Positions 27,135-37,123 of a stretch of DNA of 38,353 nucleotides are shown here, in pieces. Under the pieces are notes generated by a model that made no database searches, had not been told where the DNA came from, and saw only the letters and a program-made list of their open reading frames with translations. Every line of letters starts with the position of its first letter. Position 1 is the first letter of the stretch. Source of the stretch: Opitutia bacterium (GTDB lineage Bacteria > Verrucomicrobiota > Verrucomicrobiia > Opitutales > T3Sed10-336); NCBI GenBank assembly GCA_050506795.1, contig JBJHCF010000047.1, forward strand, positions 1-38,353, given 5' to 3'. The position numbers and the translations under genes are program-made.

Positions 27135-28565
27135 TTAGACCTCTGCGAGATTGGGACTTCCCACGCCGAACACCTCGCGGGCGTCGCTGACCTGACCGGT
27201 CACCGCGGCGGCGGCCACCATGAGCGGGCTCATCAGGATGGTTCGTCCGATGGGACTTCCCTGACGCCCTTTGAAATTACGATTGCTGGAGCTGGCGCAC
27301 AGTTGATCGCCCACCAGCTTGTCCGGGTTCATGGCCAGGCACATGGAACAACCCGCGCCGCGCCACTCGAATCCGGCTTCACGGAAGACCTTATCGATGC
27401 CCAGCTCTTCGCAGATTTTCCCCACTCCCATGGAACCCGGCACCGCGATGGCTTTCACTCCCGGCGCCACATGGCGACCTTTGAGGTAGCTCGCCACCTC
27501 CTGGAAATCGGTCAGGCGCCCGTTGGTGCAGCTCCCGAGAAACGCCACATCGATAGGTGTGCCCTTGATCGGACTGCCCGGCTTTAGTTTCATGTGCTCC
27601 AGGGCCTCGATCACCCCTTCCCGCTGCTCCTCCTCGACCTTCTCCGGATCGGGAATGGTTTGGTCGATGAAAACCCCCTGTCCCGGAGTGATGCCCCAGG
27701 TCACGCTCGGCCCAATGTCCTCGGCGCGGAAATTGACCACGTCGTCATACTCACAATCCGAATCGGACGCCAGGTTTCTCCAGCGCTCGACGGCTTCGTC
27801 CCAATCCTTTCCTTTTGGGGAGTACGGACGCCCCTTCAGGTACTCGAAGGTCTTTTCGTCCGGGTTCACGTACCCGACCCGGGCGCCGCCTTCGATGGAC
27901 ATATTGCAGACCGTCATCCGCTCCTCCATATTAAAACGGTCAAAAACCTCGCCACCGTACTCGTAGGCGAATCCCGTGCCGCCCTTAACGCCGAGCTTGC
28001 GGATGATATAGAGGATGACGTCCTTGGCGTAGATCCCCGGCGCCAGTTTCCCGTCCACATTAATGCGGCGCAGCTTGGGTTTGCTGATCGCCATGGTCTG
28101 GGTGGCGAGCACATCGCGCACCTGGCTGGTGCCGATGCCGAAAGCGATGGCGCCGAAGGCGCCGTGGGTGGAAGTGTGCGAGTCGCCGCAGGCGATGGTG
28201 GTTCCGGGCTGGGTGATCCCCTGCTCGGGACCGACCACGTGGACGATGCCCTGCCGGCCGGAAGCGATGTCGAAGTAGGTCACCCCGAACTCCTCGCAGT
28301 TGCGCCGCAGTTCCTTGATCATCGCGTCCGCCAGGGGGTCGGAAAACGGCTCGTTGCGCTCGTCGGTGGGCACGATGTGATCCACCGTGGCGAAGGTGCG
28401 CTCCGGAAACCGCACCTTCAATCCAAGTTCGCGCAGCATGCCGAATGCCTGCGGACTGGTCACCTCGTGAATGAGGTGGGCGCCGATCAAAAGCTGGGTG
28501 TGGCCGGAGGACAACTCACGCACCGCGTGAGCCTCCCAGACCTTGTCAAACAAACTTTTAGCCAT
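27135..28565 (-). CDS. leuC: 3-isopropylmalate dehydratase large subunit
   Basis: [38 protein letters not shown] and [10 protein letters not shown] motifs. Confidence 0.98.
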   Translation of the reverse strand: MAKSLFDKVWEAHAVRELSSGHTQLLIGAHLIHEVTSPQAFGMLRELGLKVRFPERTFATVDHIVPTDERNEPFSDPLADAMIKELRRNCEEFGVTYFDIASGRQGIVHVVGPEQGITQPGTTIACGDSHTSTHGAFGAIAFGIGTSQVRDVLATQTMAISKPKLRRINVDGKLAPGIYAKDVILYIIRKLGVKGGTGFAYEYGGEVFDRFNMEERMTVCNMSIEGGARVGYVNPDEKTFEYLKGRPYSPKGKDWDEAVERWRNLASDSDCEYDDVVNFRAEDIGPSVTWGITPGQGVFIDQTIPDPEKVEEEQREGVIEALEHMKLKPGSPIKGTPIDVAFLGSCTNGRLTDFQEVASYLKGRHVAPGVKAIAVPGSMGVGKICEELGIDKVFREAGFEWRGAGCSMCLAMNPDKLVGDQLCASSSNRNFKGRQGSPIGRTILMSPLMVAAAAVTGQVSDAREVFGVGSPNLAEV

Positions 28566-28737
28566 AATAGACAGTTCCTTACGTTCAGATCAAACGAACC
28601 AGCGTAGCCGGTCACGGCCTTCCGCGCAACCGGAAAACGCAGAGCGGGAGAAACCGGAAAACACGGAACCGAACGCAACCGACGATGATCGTCCTCGACG
28701 TTTGACCCGCGGCCGGCAAGGTGACATCATGGGATTC

Positions 28738-29673
28738 ATGAAAGCGACAGGTCAAGACGGCGAAAGGGCGAAACCGGTGTTGATATCAGGAGCGTCCGGC
28801 ATGGTCGGACGGGCGCTGGCTGCTCGGCTTTCCGAGCACGGTTTTTCGGTGCGTCGCCTGGTGCGCGAAAAACCCGATGCCGGCCCGGACGCGATTTTCT
28901 GGGATCCGGCAACCGGCGAAATCGAAGCGGAGAAACTGGACGGAGTCGGCGCGGCCATCCATCTGGCCGGAGAAAACATCGCCGCCGGTCGCTGGACCGC
29001 CGCCAGAAAAAAGCGAATTCTGGACAGCCGGACCCAGGGAACCACGCTCCTCACCCAAACGCTGGCGAAACTTAAGAACCCGCCCGAAGTTTTGGTTTCC
29101 GCCTCCGGGATCAACTACTACGGCGACCGGGGCGACGCCGTCCTGACCGAAGACGAGCCGGGCGGAAACGGTTTTTTGGCCGACGTGTGCCGTCAGTGGG
29201 AAGCGGCCACCCAACCAGCGGAGAAAGCCGGCATCCGAGTGGTTCGGCTGCGAATCGGTCCGGTGCTGTCACCCGAAGGCGGCATGCTAAAAAAAATCCT
29301 CCCTCCGTTCCTGGCCGGAGCCGGAGGGAAAATCGGCAACGGCCGCCAGTTTATTTCCTGGATCGCCCTGCCCGATTTGCTGACGGTACTTGAATACGCG
29401 CTCGACAACTCCAACATTCAGGGGGCCTACAACGTGGTCGCCCCCAATCCGGTCACCAACGCGGAATTCACCCGCACCCTGGCCAAAGTCCTCTCCCGTC
29501 CGGCCTTCATTCCGGTACCGGCGATCGGCCTGCGCCTTGCCTTTGGTGAAATGGCGGACGAAATGCTACTTTCCTCCACCCGCGCCCTTCCCCAACGGCT
29601 CCAGGACGCAGGCTTTCAATTTCAATACCCGGAACTGGAGAGCGCATTGCGCAAAGTCCTGGACAAGGACTGA
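28738..29673 (+). CDS. TIGR01777 family NAD-dependent epimerase/oxidoreductase (YfcH-like)
   Basis: ISGASGMVG, HLAGENI..RWT, SR..GT, WE and G.Q..SWI motifs; start at 28738 or 28729. Confidence 0.92.
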   Translation: MKATGQDGERAKPVLISGASGMVGRALAARLSEHGFSVRRLVREKPDAGPDAIFWDPATGEIEAEKLDGVGAAIHLAGENIAAGRWTAARKKRILDSRTQGTTLLTQTLAKLKNPPEVLVSASGINYYGDRGDAVLTEDEPGGNGFLADVCRQWEAATQPAEKAGIRVVRLRIGPVLSPEGGMLKKILPPFLAGAGGKIGNGRQFISWIALPDLLTVLEYALDNSNIQGAYNVVAPNPVTNAEFTRTLAKVLSRPAFIPVPAIGLRLAFGEMADEMLLSSTRALPQRLQDAGFQFQYPELESALRKVLDKD

Positions 29674-29744
29674 TCCCCGACCGAAATAAGCGCCGTTTAC
29701 TCCAATCTGAATGGCGCTCCGTTAAGCCGGTTCATCGAAGCAGC

Positions 29745-29892
29745 TTAGTCCCATATTCCTCAAATCTTGCGCGAATCGCGCAAGATTTTCTGGAGGGCAA
29801 CGCTCCGCCGTTGCCGCTGGGCGTTCGGGCGGCAACGGCGGAGCGTTGCCCTCCAGTGGGACCACTTATTGGTACCGGCTCCGCCGGGTTGG
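29745..29892 (+). repeat. Bipartite intergenic element, family II copy B, containing a perfect REP doublet
   Basis: Hairpin AAATCTTGCGCG/CGCGCAAGATTT and a 28-bp perfect inverted pair at 29790-29856; further GGAGGG REP remnants follow up to about 30005. Confidence 0.8.
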
Positions 29893-30062
29893 GTATACGC
29901 GAATCAAATTGGTTCTTCCCCTGGAAGGCCGTGCTCACATGCGCGCGCACCGACGGAGCGGGAGCACCGCCCTCCAGAAAAGGGAGGGCGCGATCCCTAG
30001 CGCGATTCGGTTTCATCAAACGATCAACCGGCTTAACCGAGCAGCATTTACCCAAAGCCCCC

Positions 30063-31295
30063 TTACCCGCGCCGGATGAAATCCTTCTGCGCGGCGTGGC
30101 GGGCCCGCAGGCGCAGGCCCTGAAGCCGGATGAAGCCAGTGGCGTCGTTCTGGTTGTAGCTGCTGGCCACGCCTTCCATGGAAGCGATGTGCGGATCGTA
30201 AAGCGAGTACGGGGACTGGCGTCCACAGGTGATTACGTTGCCTTTGTACAACTTCAGCTTCACCGTGCCGGTGACCGGCTTTTGGCTCTCGTCAATGAAA
30301 GCCTGCAACGCCTCCCGCTCGGGAGCATACCAGAATCCGTAGTAAATCAGCTCCGCGTAACGTGGCATCAAGGTGTCCCGCAAATGCGCGAGTTCGCGGT
30401 CCATGGTCAGGCTTTCCACCTGCCGGTGCGCATGCATCAGAATGGTGCCGCCGGGGGTTTCATAGACGCCGCGGCTTTTCATGCCAACGAACCGGTTCTC
30501 CACCAGGTCGACCCGGCCAACCCCGTGTTTCCCGCCCAGCCGGTTCAGCTCCTTGAGCACCGCGGCCGGGTTCATCCGTTTTCCGTTCACCGCCACGCAG
30601 TCGCCGGACTCGAACTCGAGTTCGACGTATTCCGCCTCATCGGGCGCGTCCTCCGGTGAAACCGAAAGTTTGAACATGCTCCGGTTCTCCCTGGTCGTCG
30701 GATCGAACCACGGATCCTCCAGAATCCCCGCCTCGTAGGAAATGTGCAGGAGATTGCGGTCCATCGAATAGGGTTTTGACGCGCTGGCCTCGACATCGAT
30801 GCCGTTGGCCCGGCAGTAATCGATCATCTCGGTCCGGCCCGGAAAGGTCTGACGAAACTCATCCAGCCGCCAGGGGGCTATGACCTCGATTTCCGGCGCC
30901 AAGGCGGTGTAGGTCAGCTCAAAACGGCACTGGTCGTTCCCTTTTCCGGTGGCGCCGTGGGAAACGGCATTGGCGCCGGTTTTCTCCGCCAGTTCGATTT
31001 GCGCTTTGGCGATGAGCGGACGCGCGATGGAAGTGCCCAGGTAATACTGTCCCTCGTAAATGGCGTTGGCGCGAATCATCGGGTAGATAAAGTCGCTGGC
31101 GAACTCCTCCACCAAGTCAAGCGTGTGGTGCTCGACCGCCCCGGTGGCGCGCGCCTTCTCCGGCAGACCGCCCAGTTCCTCCTCCTGCCCAATATCGGCG
31201 GCGAACGTCACCACCTCAGCCTGATAACGTTCCTGAATCCACTTGACGATTACGGAGGTGTCCAGACCCCCTGAATAGGCGAGAACCACTTTCAT
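30063..31295 (-). CDS. argG: Argininosuccinate synthase
   Basis: [30 protein letters not shown] and [12 protein letters not shown] motifs. Confidence 0.98.
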   Translation of the reverse strand: MKVVLAYSGGLDTSVIVKWIQERYQAEVVTFAADIGQEEELGGLPEKARATGAVEHHTLDLVEEFASDFIYPMIRANAIYEGQYYLGTSIARPLIAKAQIELAEKTGANAVSHGATGKGNDQCRFELTYTALAPEIEVIAPWRLDEFRQTFPGRTEMIDYCRANGIDVEASASKPYSMDRNLLHISYEAGILEDPWFDPTTRENRSMFKLSVSPEDAPDEAEYVELEFESGDCVAVNGKRMNPAAVLKELNRLGGKHGVGRVDLVENRFVGMKSRGVYETPGGTILMHAHRQVESLTMDRELAHLRDTLMPRYAELIYYGFWYAPEREALQAFIDESQKPVTGTVKLKLYKGNVITCGRQSPYSLYDPHIASMEGVASSYNQNDATGFIRLQGLRLRARHAAQKDFIRRG

Positions 31296-31455
31296 AGCCG
31301 CTCATGATCATTCACCCCCCAAACCCTGCCAAGGAAATTCTCCGCCGACCGGCGAATGATTTCCCGGTATTCCAGGAGGGTACCAGGTTCGATCTTCAAT
31401 CGATCGAATAAACCCCTTGAAACCGTCCCGGGAATGTGATCTCAATCCCGTTTTT

Positions 31456-34400
31456 TCAAGCGTCGCCGTCCAGCAGGAACGCCAGGTCGTCGCGACTGAG
31501 GGAAGCGCTGCCTTTGCCCTTTTCATTGGATCCAAGCACCCGTTGGTAGAGGGCTTTTTTGTCGGCTTTTAATTCCGCGATCTTTTCCTCGATGGTGCCG
31601 CGCATGGAGAGGCGCTGGATGAGCACCTTCCTTTCCTGGCCGATACGGTGGGCGCGGTCGGAAGCCTGGCTTTCCACTGCGGGATTCCACCAGGGATCGA
31701 GATGGATCACGTGGTTGGCGCGGGTCAGATTGAGCCCGACGCCGCCCGCTTTCAGGCTGAGAAGAAATACCGCGGGACCGGCGCCGGACTGGAAATGCTG
31801 CACCCGTTCCCGTCGTTGTTTCTGGGTCGTTTTCCCCTCCAGACGCACCGACTCCACTCCGGCCTGTTTCAGGCGGGCATCGAAAAGGTCGAGCGCCTTG
31901 ACGAATTGGGAAAACACCAGCACCGCGTTGCCTTCGTCCAGCAACTCGGTCACCGCCTCCAGGGCGAAATCGAATTTGGGTGACGCCGGTTTTTCCTTCG
32001 GGTCCAGCAACGCCGGGGAAACACAGAGCAAACGCAGGCGGTTGAGCGCCGACAACGCCGCCACCCCCGCCCGCGCCGGGGTCAGGCGTTTGAAGGCCGC
32101 CGCCACCTCCTCGCGTACTCTCGCCACTTCGCGGACGTAGAGCGCCTTCTGACGAGGAGCCAGCTCCAGAACAATATCGGTCTCGGTTTTTTCGGGAAGC
32201 TGCGACAAAACCGCCGTCTTGGTCCGGCGCAGTACAAACGGGCGCGAGCGCGCCAGAATCCGGCGCTCCATCTCTTCGCCGCCGCCGCGTTTTGCTTTGA
32301 TGTCCAAATCGTCAAAGATTCCAGGCAGGGCCAGGTCCAGGATGGCACGGTATTCACCGAGATGGTTCTCCACCGGCGTTCCCGTCAGACAAATCCGGCA
32401 CTCTGCGGTTAGTTCCCGCACCGCCCGGTGACGGGCCGAAGCGCGGTTCTTCACCGCCTGAGCTTCGTCGAAAATCAGCACGTTAAACGTTTGCTTGCGC
32501 AATAACTCCCGGTCACGCCGTGCGGTTTCATAAGTGGTCAGCACCACATCGACGCCTTTGAAGTCGGCCGATCGCTCCCCTCCCATGTATTCCAGCACCG
32601 TCAGCCCGGGCGCAAACCGCTCGATTTCCGAACGCCAGTTAAAAATCAAACTCGCCGGCGCCACCACCAGGTGCGGGCGTTTCGCCGTGCCGCGGTAACG
32701 CGTCACGGCGCCCTCCTTTAACGCCTGCAGCAGTGCGATCGCCTGCACGGTTTTTCCCAGGCCCATGTCATCCGCCAGGCAGGCGCCGAAGCGGTGACGG
32801 TAAAGAAACGCAAACCAGTCGTATCCGGATTTCTGATAATCACGGAGCTCCGCCCGCAGTCCCTGGGGCAAAGGGGTGGTCTCCAATTCGCGAAAGCGCG
32901 CCAGCGATTCGAGCACCTTGCGCCCCTCGGCCGGCAGCTTCAGGGAAACGCCCAGCCGCTGAAGGTCCAGCCATTCGAAGATCCGCAAGCGGGGGACCTG
33001 GAACCGGTGGTCATCAATGCCTTTCCGGGTCTCACGCGACTGCAACAGACTCCGGGCTTCGCGCAGGCGGTTCAGGGAATCGACATCGATGACCACCGGC
33101 CCCGTTTTCGTTTGGGCAATTCCGTTGCCGTCGGCGATCGCCTCCCAGTCCGCGGTTGATAAAGCTCGTCCGGCCAGGCGGATTTCCGGTTTGAGTTCGA
33201 ACCAGTCGCGCTTGTCCTTTGCCTCGCTCACCTCCACCGAGATCGCCAGGGCCTCGGTTTCCACCGGATGACCATTCAACAAGAGAGACACCCCGCGTTC
33301 GCGGCACTCGGCGAATATCACCGAAAGGTTTCGTGACAAAGCCGGCGCCGAAACCGTCAACTTGCCGCCTCCACGAAACCGATCGCGCATCGTCCCGGGA
33401 CAGAAGAGCGCCGCCAGATAGAGATCCCAATAAACCACGTCCCGAAAAGTGACTTCGGCGAATTCCCATGGCGTCGAGCCGCCTGGTTGGGAATTGGCGA
33501 AACACCATTGGCAGGAGGCTTGCAGTTCCGATTCCAAAGCCTGCAATACCCGCCGGGTATACCGTGCCGCATTTCGACGCGGCTCCGAAGCGACGATTTC
33601 CCGGGCAAGACTCCGCCGCTTTTTCGGATCCGGCTCCCCGGCAAATCCAACCAGGTCATGGGCCAAGCGCTCCATCCGGGCGCGGCCGGCAAAAAGACTG
33701 CGATCGCCCTCAGCCGCGAAAATATGATCCAGGCTTTGCGCCGGCGTCTCCAACGGCACCGAGAATCCCTTTCCTTCCCAATGCAGGCTGGCAACGTAGC
33801 CGCCGAACTCCTTGACCTCGTCGAATCGCAAACCCGGAGCCGATCCGCTCAACTGCGGAGTCACCTTCCGAGACCCGTCCAGGAAGGTCACTCCTTCGTA
33901 CGTCTGCTGTTTCGGAGATCGGTCGAAAAAGTAGTCGGCCAACGGATTGTAAACCGTGGCGGGCAATTTCCAGGGAACAAAGTGGAGCGGTTCGGTCGGC
34001 AGGTCCGAATGCCCCTCCGCCAACAAGAGGTAAGGAAGGAGACTCAATTTCTGAACCCCCGGAGCTGAAGTCAAAAGCACCAGACGGCATTCCCGGGTTA
34101 ACCCGACCTCGGGACTGAGTCCGCAGAGAACTTCCGTCGAATCCCGATCGCCCCCAAACTCAAACTCGGCGCCGACTTCATCCTCCTTCCGAATCAGCCT
34201 GGCCGAAACCTGCCGCTCACGCTTGTCGATTCCGGTGATCCGGCTCCATTTGCCCCCGAGACGAAGCCACACCGATTCGGGGTCCCTTTTCAGCTCCAGG
34301 TGCTCGAAAACCGCCCTGACGGCATCTCCGGACAGATTGATCTTCGCACAGGTTAACTGCAGTTTCGGATCCCACGGCTCTTCCCGGACCCTGTCCCCCG

Positions 34401-34929
34401 AGATTTTCAAGGCGATCGCGCTCCAATGCCGATCGTCCTCGAACGCCAGTCCGATGGCAACGAACGCCGGGTCACGGCGCGGTTCACTGGAAGGAACCGG
34501 TTTGGGGTTCGTTCGGATGGCACGGGTGTTAATCGAAGGCTTTTCCTTCTTCCCATAAATTCCGGATCGCAGTTCTTTTAAATAGGCCTCGGAATGGGGA
34601 CGGTTTAAAAACTGCGTGCCCTTGGTGGCGGCAAAAAAGGCCGCCGCGGCCGCCACCATGTGTTTGCAGGTCGCGCCTGACGCGGCGTCCTGACAGGTGC
34701 ATTGGCAACGCAAACTCCCTTCAACCGCATCCATCGTCACCCGATACCGCCGAACCCCGAGAACCACCGCGCAAAGCTTTTTACCCTCCGAATCCCATCG
34801 AAACTCCAAGACCCTCTGCCGCTGCCAATATTCGAGACCCCGACGCGTCCGCATACCGTCGGCCAGCCAGTAAACGGTGTGAGGAGAAAGCGAAAAAATC
34901 GGATGATTGGTATTAACCTCCTGGGTCAT
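31456..34929 (-). CDS. SWIM zinc finger + SNF2-family ATPase/helicase
   Basis: CQCTC..CKH SWIM motif; LRDYQ, LADDMGLGKT, DEAQ, LTGTPVEN and WWNPAVESQASDRAHRIGQ motifs; start likely ATG 34929. Confidence 0.93.
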   Translation of the reverse strand: MTQEVNTNHPIFSLSPHTVYWLADGMRTRRGLEYWQRQRVLEFRWDSEGKKLCAVVLGVRRYRVTMDAVEGSLRCQCTCQDAASGATCKHMVAAAAAFFAATKGTQFLNRPHSEAYLKELRSGIYGKKEKPSINTRAIRTNPKPVPSSEPRRDPAFVAIGLAFEDDRHWSAIALKISGDRVREEPWDPKLQLTCAKINLSGDAVRAVFEHLELKRDPESVWLRLGGKWSRITGIDKRERQVSARLIRKEDEVGAEFEFGGDRDSTEVLCGLSPEVGLTRECRLVLLTSAPGVQKLSLLPYLLLAEGHSDLPTEPLHFVPWKLPATVYNPLADYFFDRSPKQQTYEGVTFLDGSRKVTPQLSGSAPGLRFDEVKEFGGYVASLHWEGKGFSVPLETPAQSLDHIFAAEGDRSLFAGRARMERLAHDLVGFAGEPDPKKRRSLAREIVASEPRRNAARYTRRVLQALESELQASCQWCFANSQPGGSTPWEFAEVTFRDVVYWDLYLAALFCPGTMRDRFRGGGKLTVSAPALSRNLSVIFAECRERGVSLLLNGHPVETEALAISVEVSEAKDKRDWFELKPEIRLAGRALSTADWEAIADGNGIAQTKTGPVVIDVDSLNRLREARSLLQSRETRKGIDDHRFQVPRLRIFEWLDLQRLGVSLKLPAEGRKVLESLARFRELETTPLPQGLRAELRDYQKSGYDWFAFLYRHRFGACLADDMGLGKTVQAIALLQALKEGAVTRYRGTAKRPHLVVAPASLIFNWRSEIERFAPGLTVLEYMGGERSADFKGVDVVLTTYETARRDRELLRKQTFNVLIFDEAQAVKNRASARHRAVRELTAECRICLTGTPVENHLGEYRAILDLALPGIFDDLDIKAKRGGGEEMERRILARSRPFVLRRTKTAVLSQLPEKTETDIVLELAPRQKALYVREVARVREEVAAAFKRLTPARAGVAALSALNRLRLLCVSPALLDPKEKPASPKFDFALEAVTELLDEGNAVLVFSQFVKALDLFDARLKQAGVESVRLEGKTTQKQRRERVQHFQSGAGPAVFLLSLKAGGVGLNLTRANHVIHLDPWWNPAVESQASDRAHRIGQERKVLIQRLSMRGTIEEKIAELKADKKALYQRVLGSNEKGKGSASLSRDDLAFLLDGDA

Positions 34930-35099
34930 GGTCGAATTAAGAATTCGCGACAATGCGTGCACTGGCAAATCCCGAATCTCTCCGGATACAGGGCCTCTTC
35001 ACGAAATTGCCAAAAGCCGCAGGAAAAGGCTTTTGAATTCAGGAACATTGGAATCACTGGCAAATCCGGAATTCCCTCGGGGATTAGATTAATCCAGCG

Positions 35100-35257
35100 A
35101 GGCGAAGCCTCAGACCAGGAAAAATGACACCGCAGAGAGGGGAAGGTCGCAGAGAAGGACAAGACATACCGAATGATTTCTCTGCGACCTTCCAACCTCT
35201 GCGGTGCCAAAAAACTTGACTCAACTACGACAACTTTTTCGGTTTTAGGACTCTAGA
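35100..35257. repeat. Bipartite intergenic element, family I copy 2
   Basis: Ends shared with 23851-24010; the core is a long CGCAGAG hairpin with a 16-bp perfect inner stem (35141-35156/35178-35193). Confidence 0.8.
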
Positions 35258-37117
35258 TCAAACCGGATTTCCTGGACGAAGGGTGTACCCCAGGACGCAC
35301 TCCGCGGCGAGAGTACTCGGGCGAAACACCAGACGGCTGACTTCGGCCGGCCGGCCGGAGTGGGTTTTCCATTCGTGGCGCTCGACATCGGCCAGAACCG
35401 ATCCTTCATCCAATGCAACCAGTACCCGGATACCGTCCTGAGTCAAAACGATCGCGTCACCTTCAATCGATACCCGGGCGTCAGTGATCAGGGCCGTCTC
35501 CAGACTTTTCACCCGGTTCAAGACAAACCGGTCCTCAACCCGCAACGCACCGGTACGGCGATCAAACGCGAATGACCGAAGACAGCGCAGACACCCGGCC
35601 GCCGCCGGATAGGCATTGGTCAGGTCGAGTTGCAAAACCGTGGGATCAGCATCAGGATCAGCCGCCAGCACCTCGGAGCCACATTCTTCGCCGGCGCTCT
35701 GTTCGCAGTCGTTGATCAGGGGCACGGAATGACCGAGTGAACGGGCGGCGAAAAACCGGTACCTTTCGCCCGAGAAATAATCCCTGGTGTACTCGGGCGA
35801 ACCGAGTTCGATGGCAAAACGTCGCCCGGCGACATGGTACAAAAAGCTGCCGCAATCGTTGTGATTGTGGTGCTCCCGGTTGTCGCCTCCCTTGGCGGCG
35901 AATTCAACGGGGAATTCATCCTCACCTCCGCGGACGATCAGCACGCCCAGACGGGGATACCAGGCATCCTCGCGTGGCGGAGGTTGCGGGTTTTCGGCAA
36001 CATTGTCCGGGCAATACAGAAAAAGACGGAGGTGGTGAAAAAGATCCTCTCTCCGTCCCCCGCTCAACAAAGACTTCGAGGCCGCCTCCGCATAACGGTA
36101 ATGAGACTCCTCCCGCAGAAGATCGTCGTTGAGGCGCTCTCCGAGGTACTGTAAAAATGCCGGGTGAAAGGAGGCTTCCGGTACGCTATCCGAGAAATTG
36201 ACCACCTTTCCGCCAAGGAGGGACACCCGACAGGGAAAACGTGCGATTTCGTTAATCTCGGGCACGCCCTCAAAAAGGGAAAGACGTCCCCCGGTTCGGG
36301 TTTCCAACTGCTCGTTAAGCACCGTGAACCACCCGAACCCATAATTCCAATACGCCGGCCCCTCGGAGCAACCGCCGTCATCAGTAAATCCCTTCAGAAA
36401 TCGACGCAGGCAACGCGAACCCAACCGCAAAATCTCCGCCACCAGCGCATTATCCTCCTCAAGTCCGAGTGCCGCTCCCAACACCCCTTGGTGACAAACC
36501 GCATTCCAGTTGTGGGTCTGGTGGGTCCACGGAAAACGATCCCAGCGTTCGAGATAATTTTGAAAAATAGTCGTTTGCAGACGTAATCGAATCCTGCGAA
36601 TCAGGCTTTCGGACAGTCGCTCTCCAAACACCGTCACCAGTTCCGCCATCAGATTCGCTGTTTCCGCAGCGAAAAGATCGATCGAGTAAGGGTCCTTTCC
36701 GCTCGGATCCTCCACGTGGGCCGGAAGCGCCCAGGATTCTTCCGCCAGTATACTCTCCGTGCGGTCCACCAGGTCCGCCATCCAACCTCGCTCATCCGCT
36801 TCTTCCGCGAATAACGCGGCCACCGCGACATCCCCCAGGCGTCGACGACGCAGGAAGTACAGCTCTTCAAACGCCCTACGGTGGCCGGTGGCGGAAAAAT
36901 CAGCGTACAATTCAGCCGTCAATTCCGGAAGAGCGTCGTTTCTCTCCGCTTCCGCCCGGGCTGTGATTTCTCCAATCCAGCGGTTGACCGGAAAAAAGGC
37001 CGCCACATCCCGCCAACAGGGATCCTCTCGCGGCGGCAGCAGCGGCCGAAGTCCGGTCTCGCTGAGAACCGCTTCAATCTCAGCGGCGGAAACATTCTCC
37101 AAAATCAGGTTTCGCAT
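35258..37117 (-). CDS. Heparinase II/III-like protein (putative oligosaccharide lyase)
   Basis: EESWALPAH, IDLFAAET, HNWNAVC, DGGCSEGPAYWNYG, HNHNDCGSF and GHSVP motifs; no signal peptide seen. Confidence 0.8.
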   Translation of the reverse strand: MRNLILENVSAAEIEAVLSETGLRPLLPPREDPCWRDVAAFFPVNRWIGEITARAEAERNDALPELTAELYADFSATGHRRAFEELYFLRRRRLGDVAVAALFAEEADERGWMADLVDRTESILAEESWALPAHVEDPSGKDPYSIDLFAAETANLMAELVTVFGERLSESLIRRIRLRLQTTIFQNYLERWDRFPWTHQTHNWNAVCHQGVLGAALGLEEDNALVAEILRLGSRCLRRFLKGFTDDGGCSEGPAYWNYGFGWFTVLNEQLETRTGGRLSLFEGVPEINEIARFPCRVSLLGGKVVNFSDSVPEASFHPAFLQYLGERLNDDLLREESHYRYAEAASKSLLSGGRREDLFHHLRLFLYCPDNVAENPQPPPREDAWYPRLGVLIVRGGEDEFPVEFAAKGGDNREHHNHNDCGSFLYHVAGRRFAIELGSPEYTRDYFSGERYRFFAARSLGHSVPLINDCEQSAGEECGSEVLAADPDADPTVLQLDLTNAYPAAAGCLRCLRSFAFDRRTGALRVEDRFVLNRVKSLETALITDARVSIEGDAIVLTQDGIRVLVALDEGSVLADVERHEWKTHSGRPAEVSRLVFRPSTLAAECVLGYTLRPGNPV

Positions 37118-37123
37118 AAACCC

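Noticed and set aside
28543..28728. N-terminal extension of the TIGR01777 protein
   Set aside because: It overlaps the leuC start and the divergent promoter region; the Rossmann motif begins just after ATG 28738.
28566..28730. Leucine attenuator or leader peptide before leuC
   Set aside because: No short Leu-rich ORF or terminator was seen; only a short AACCGGAAAAC duplication.
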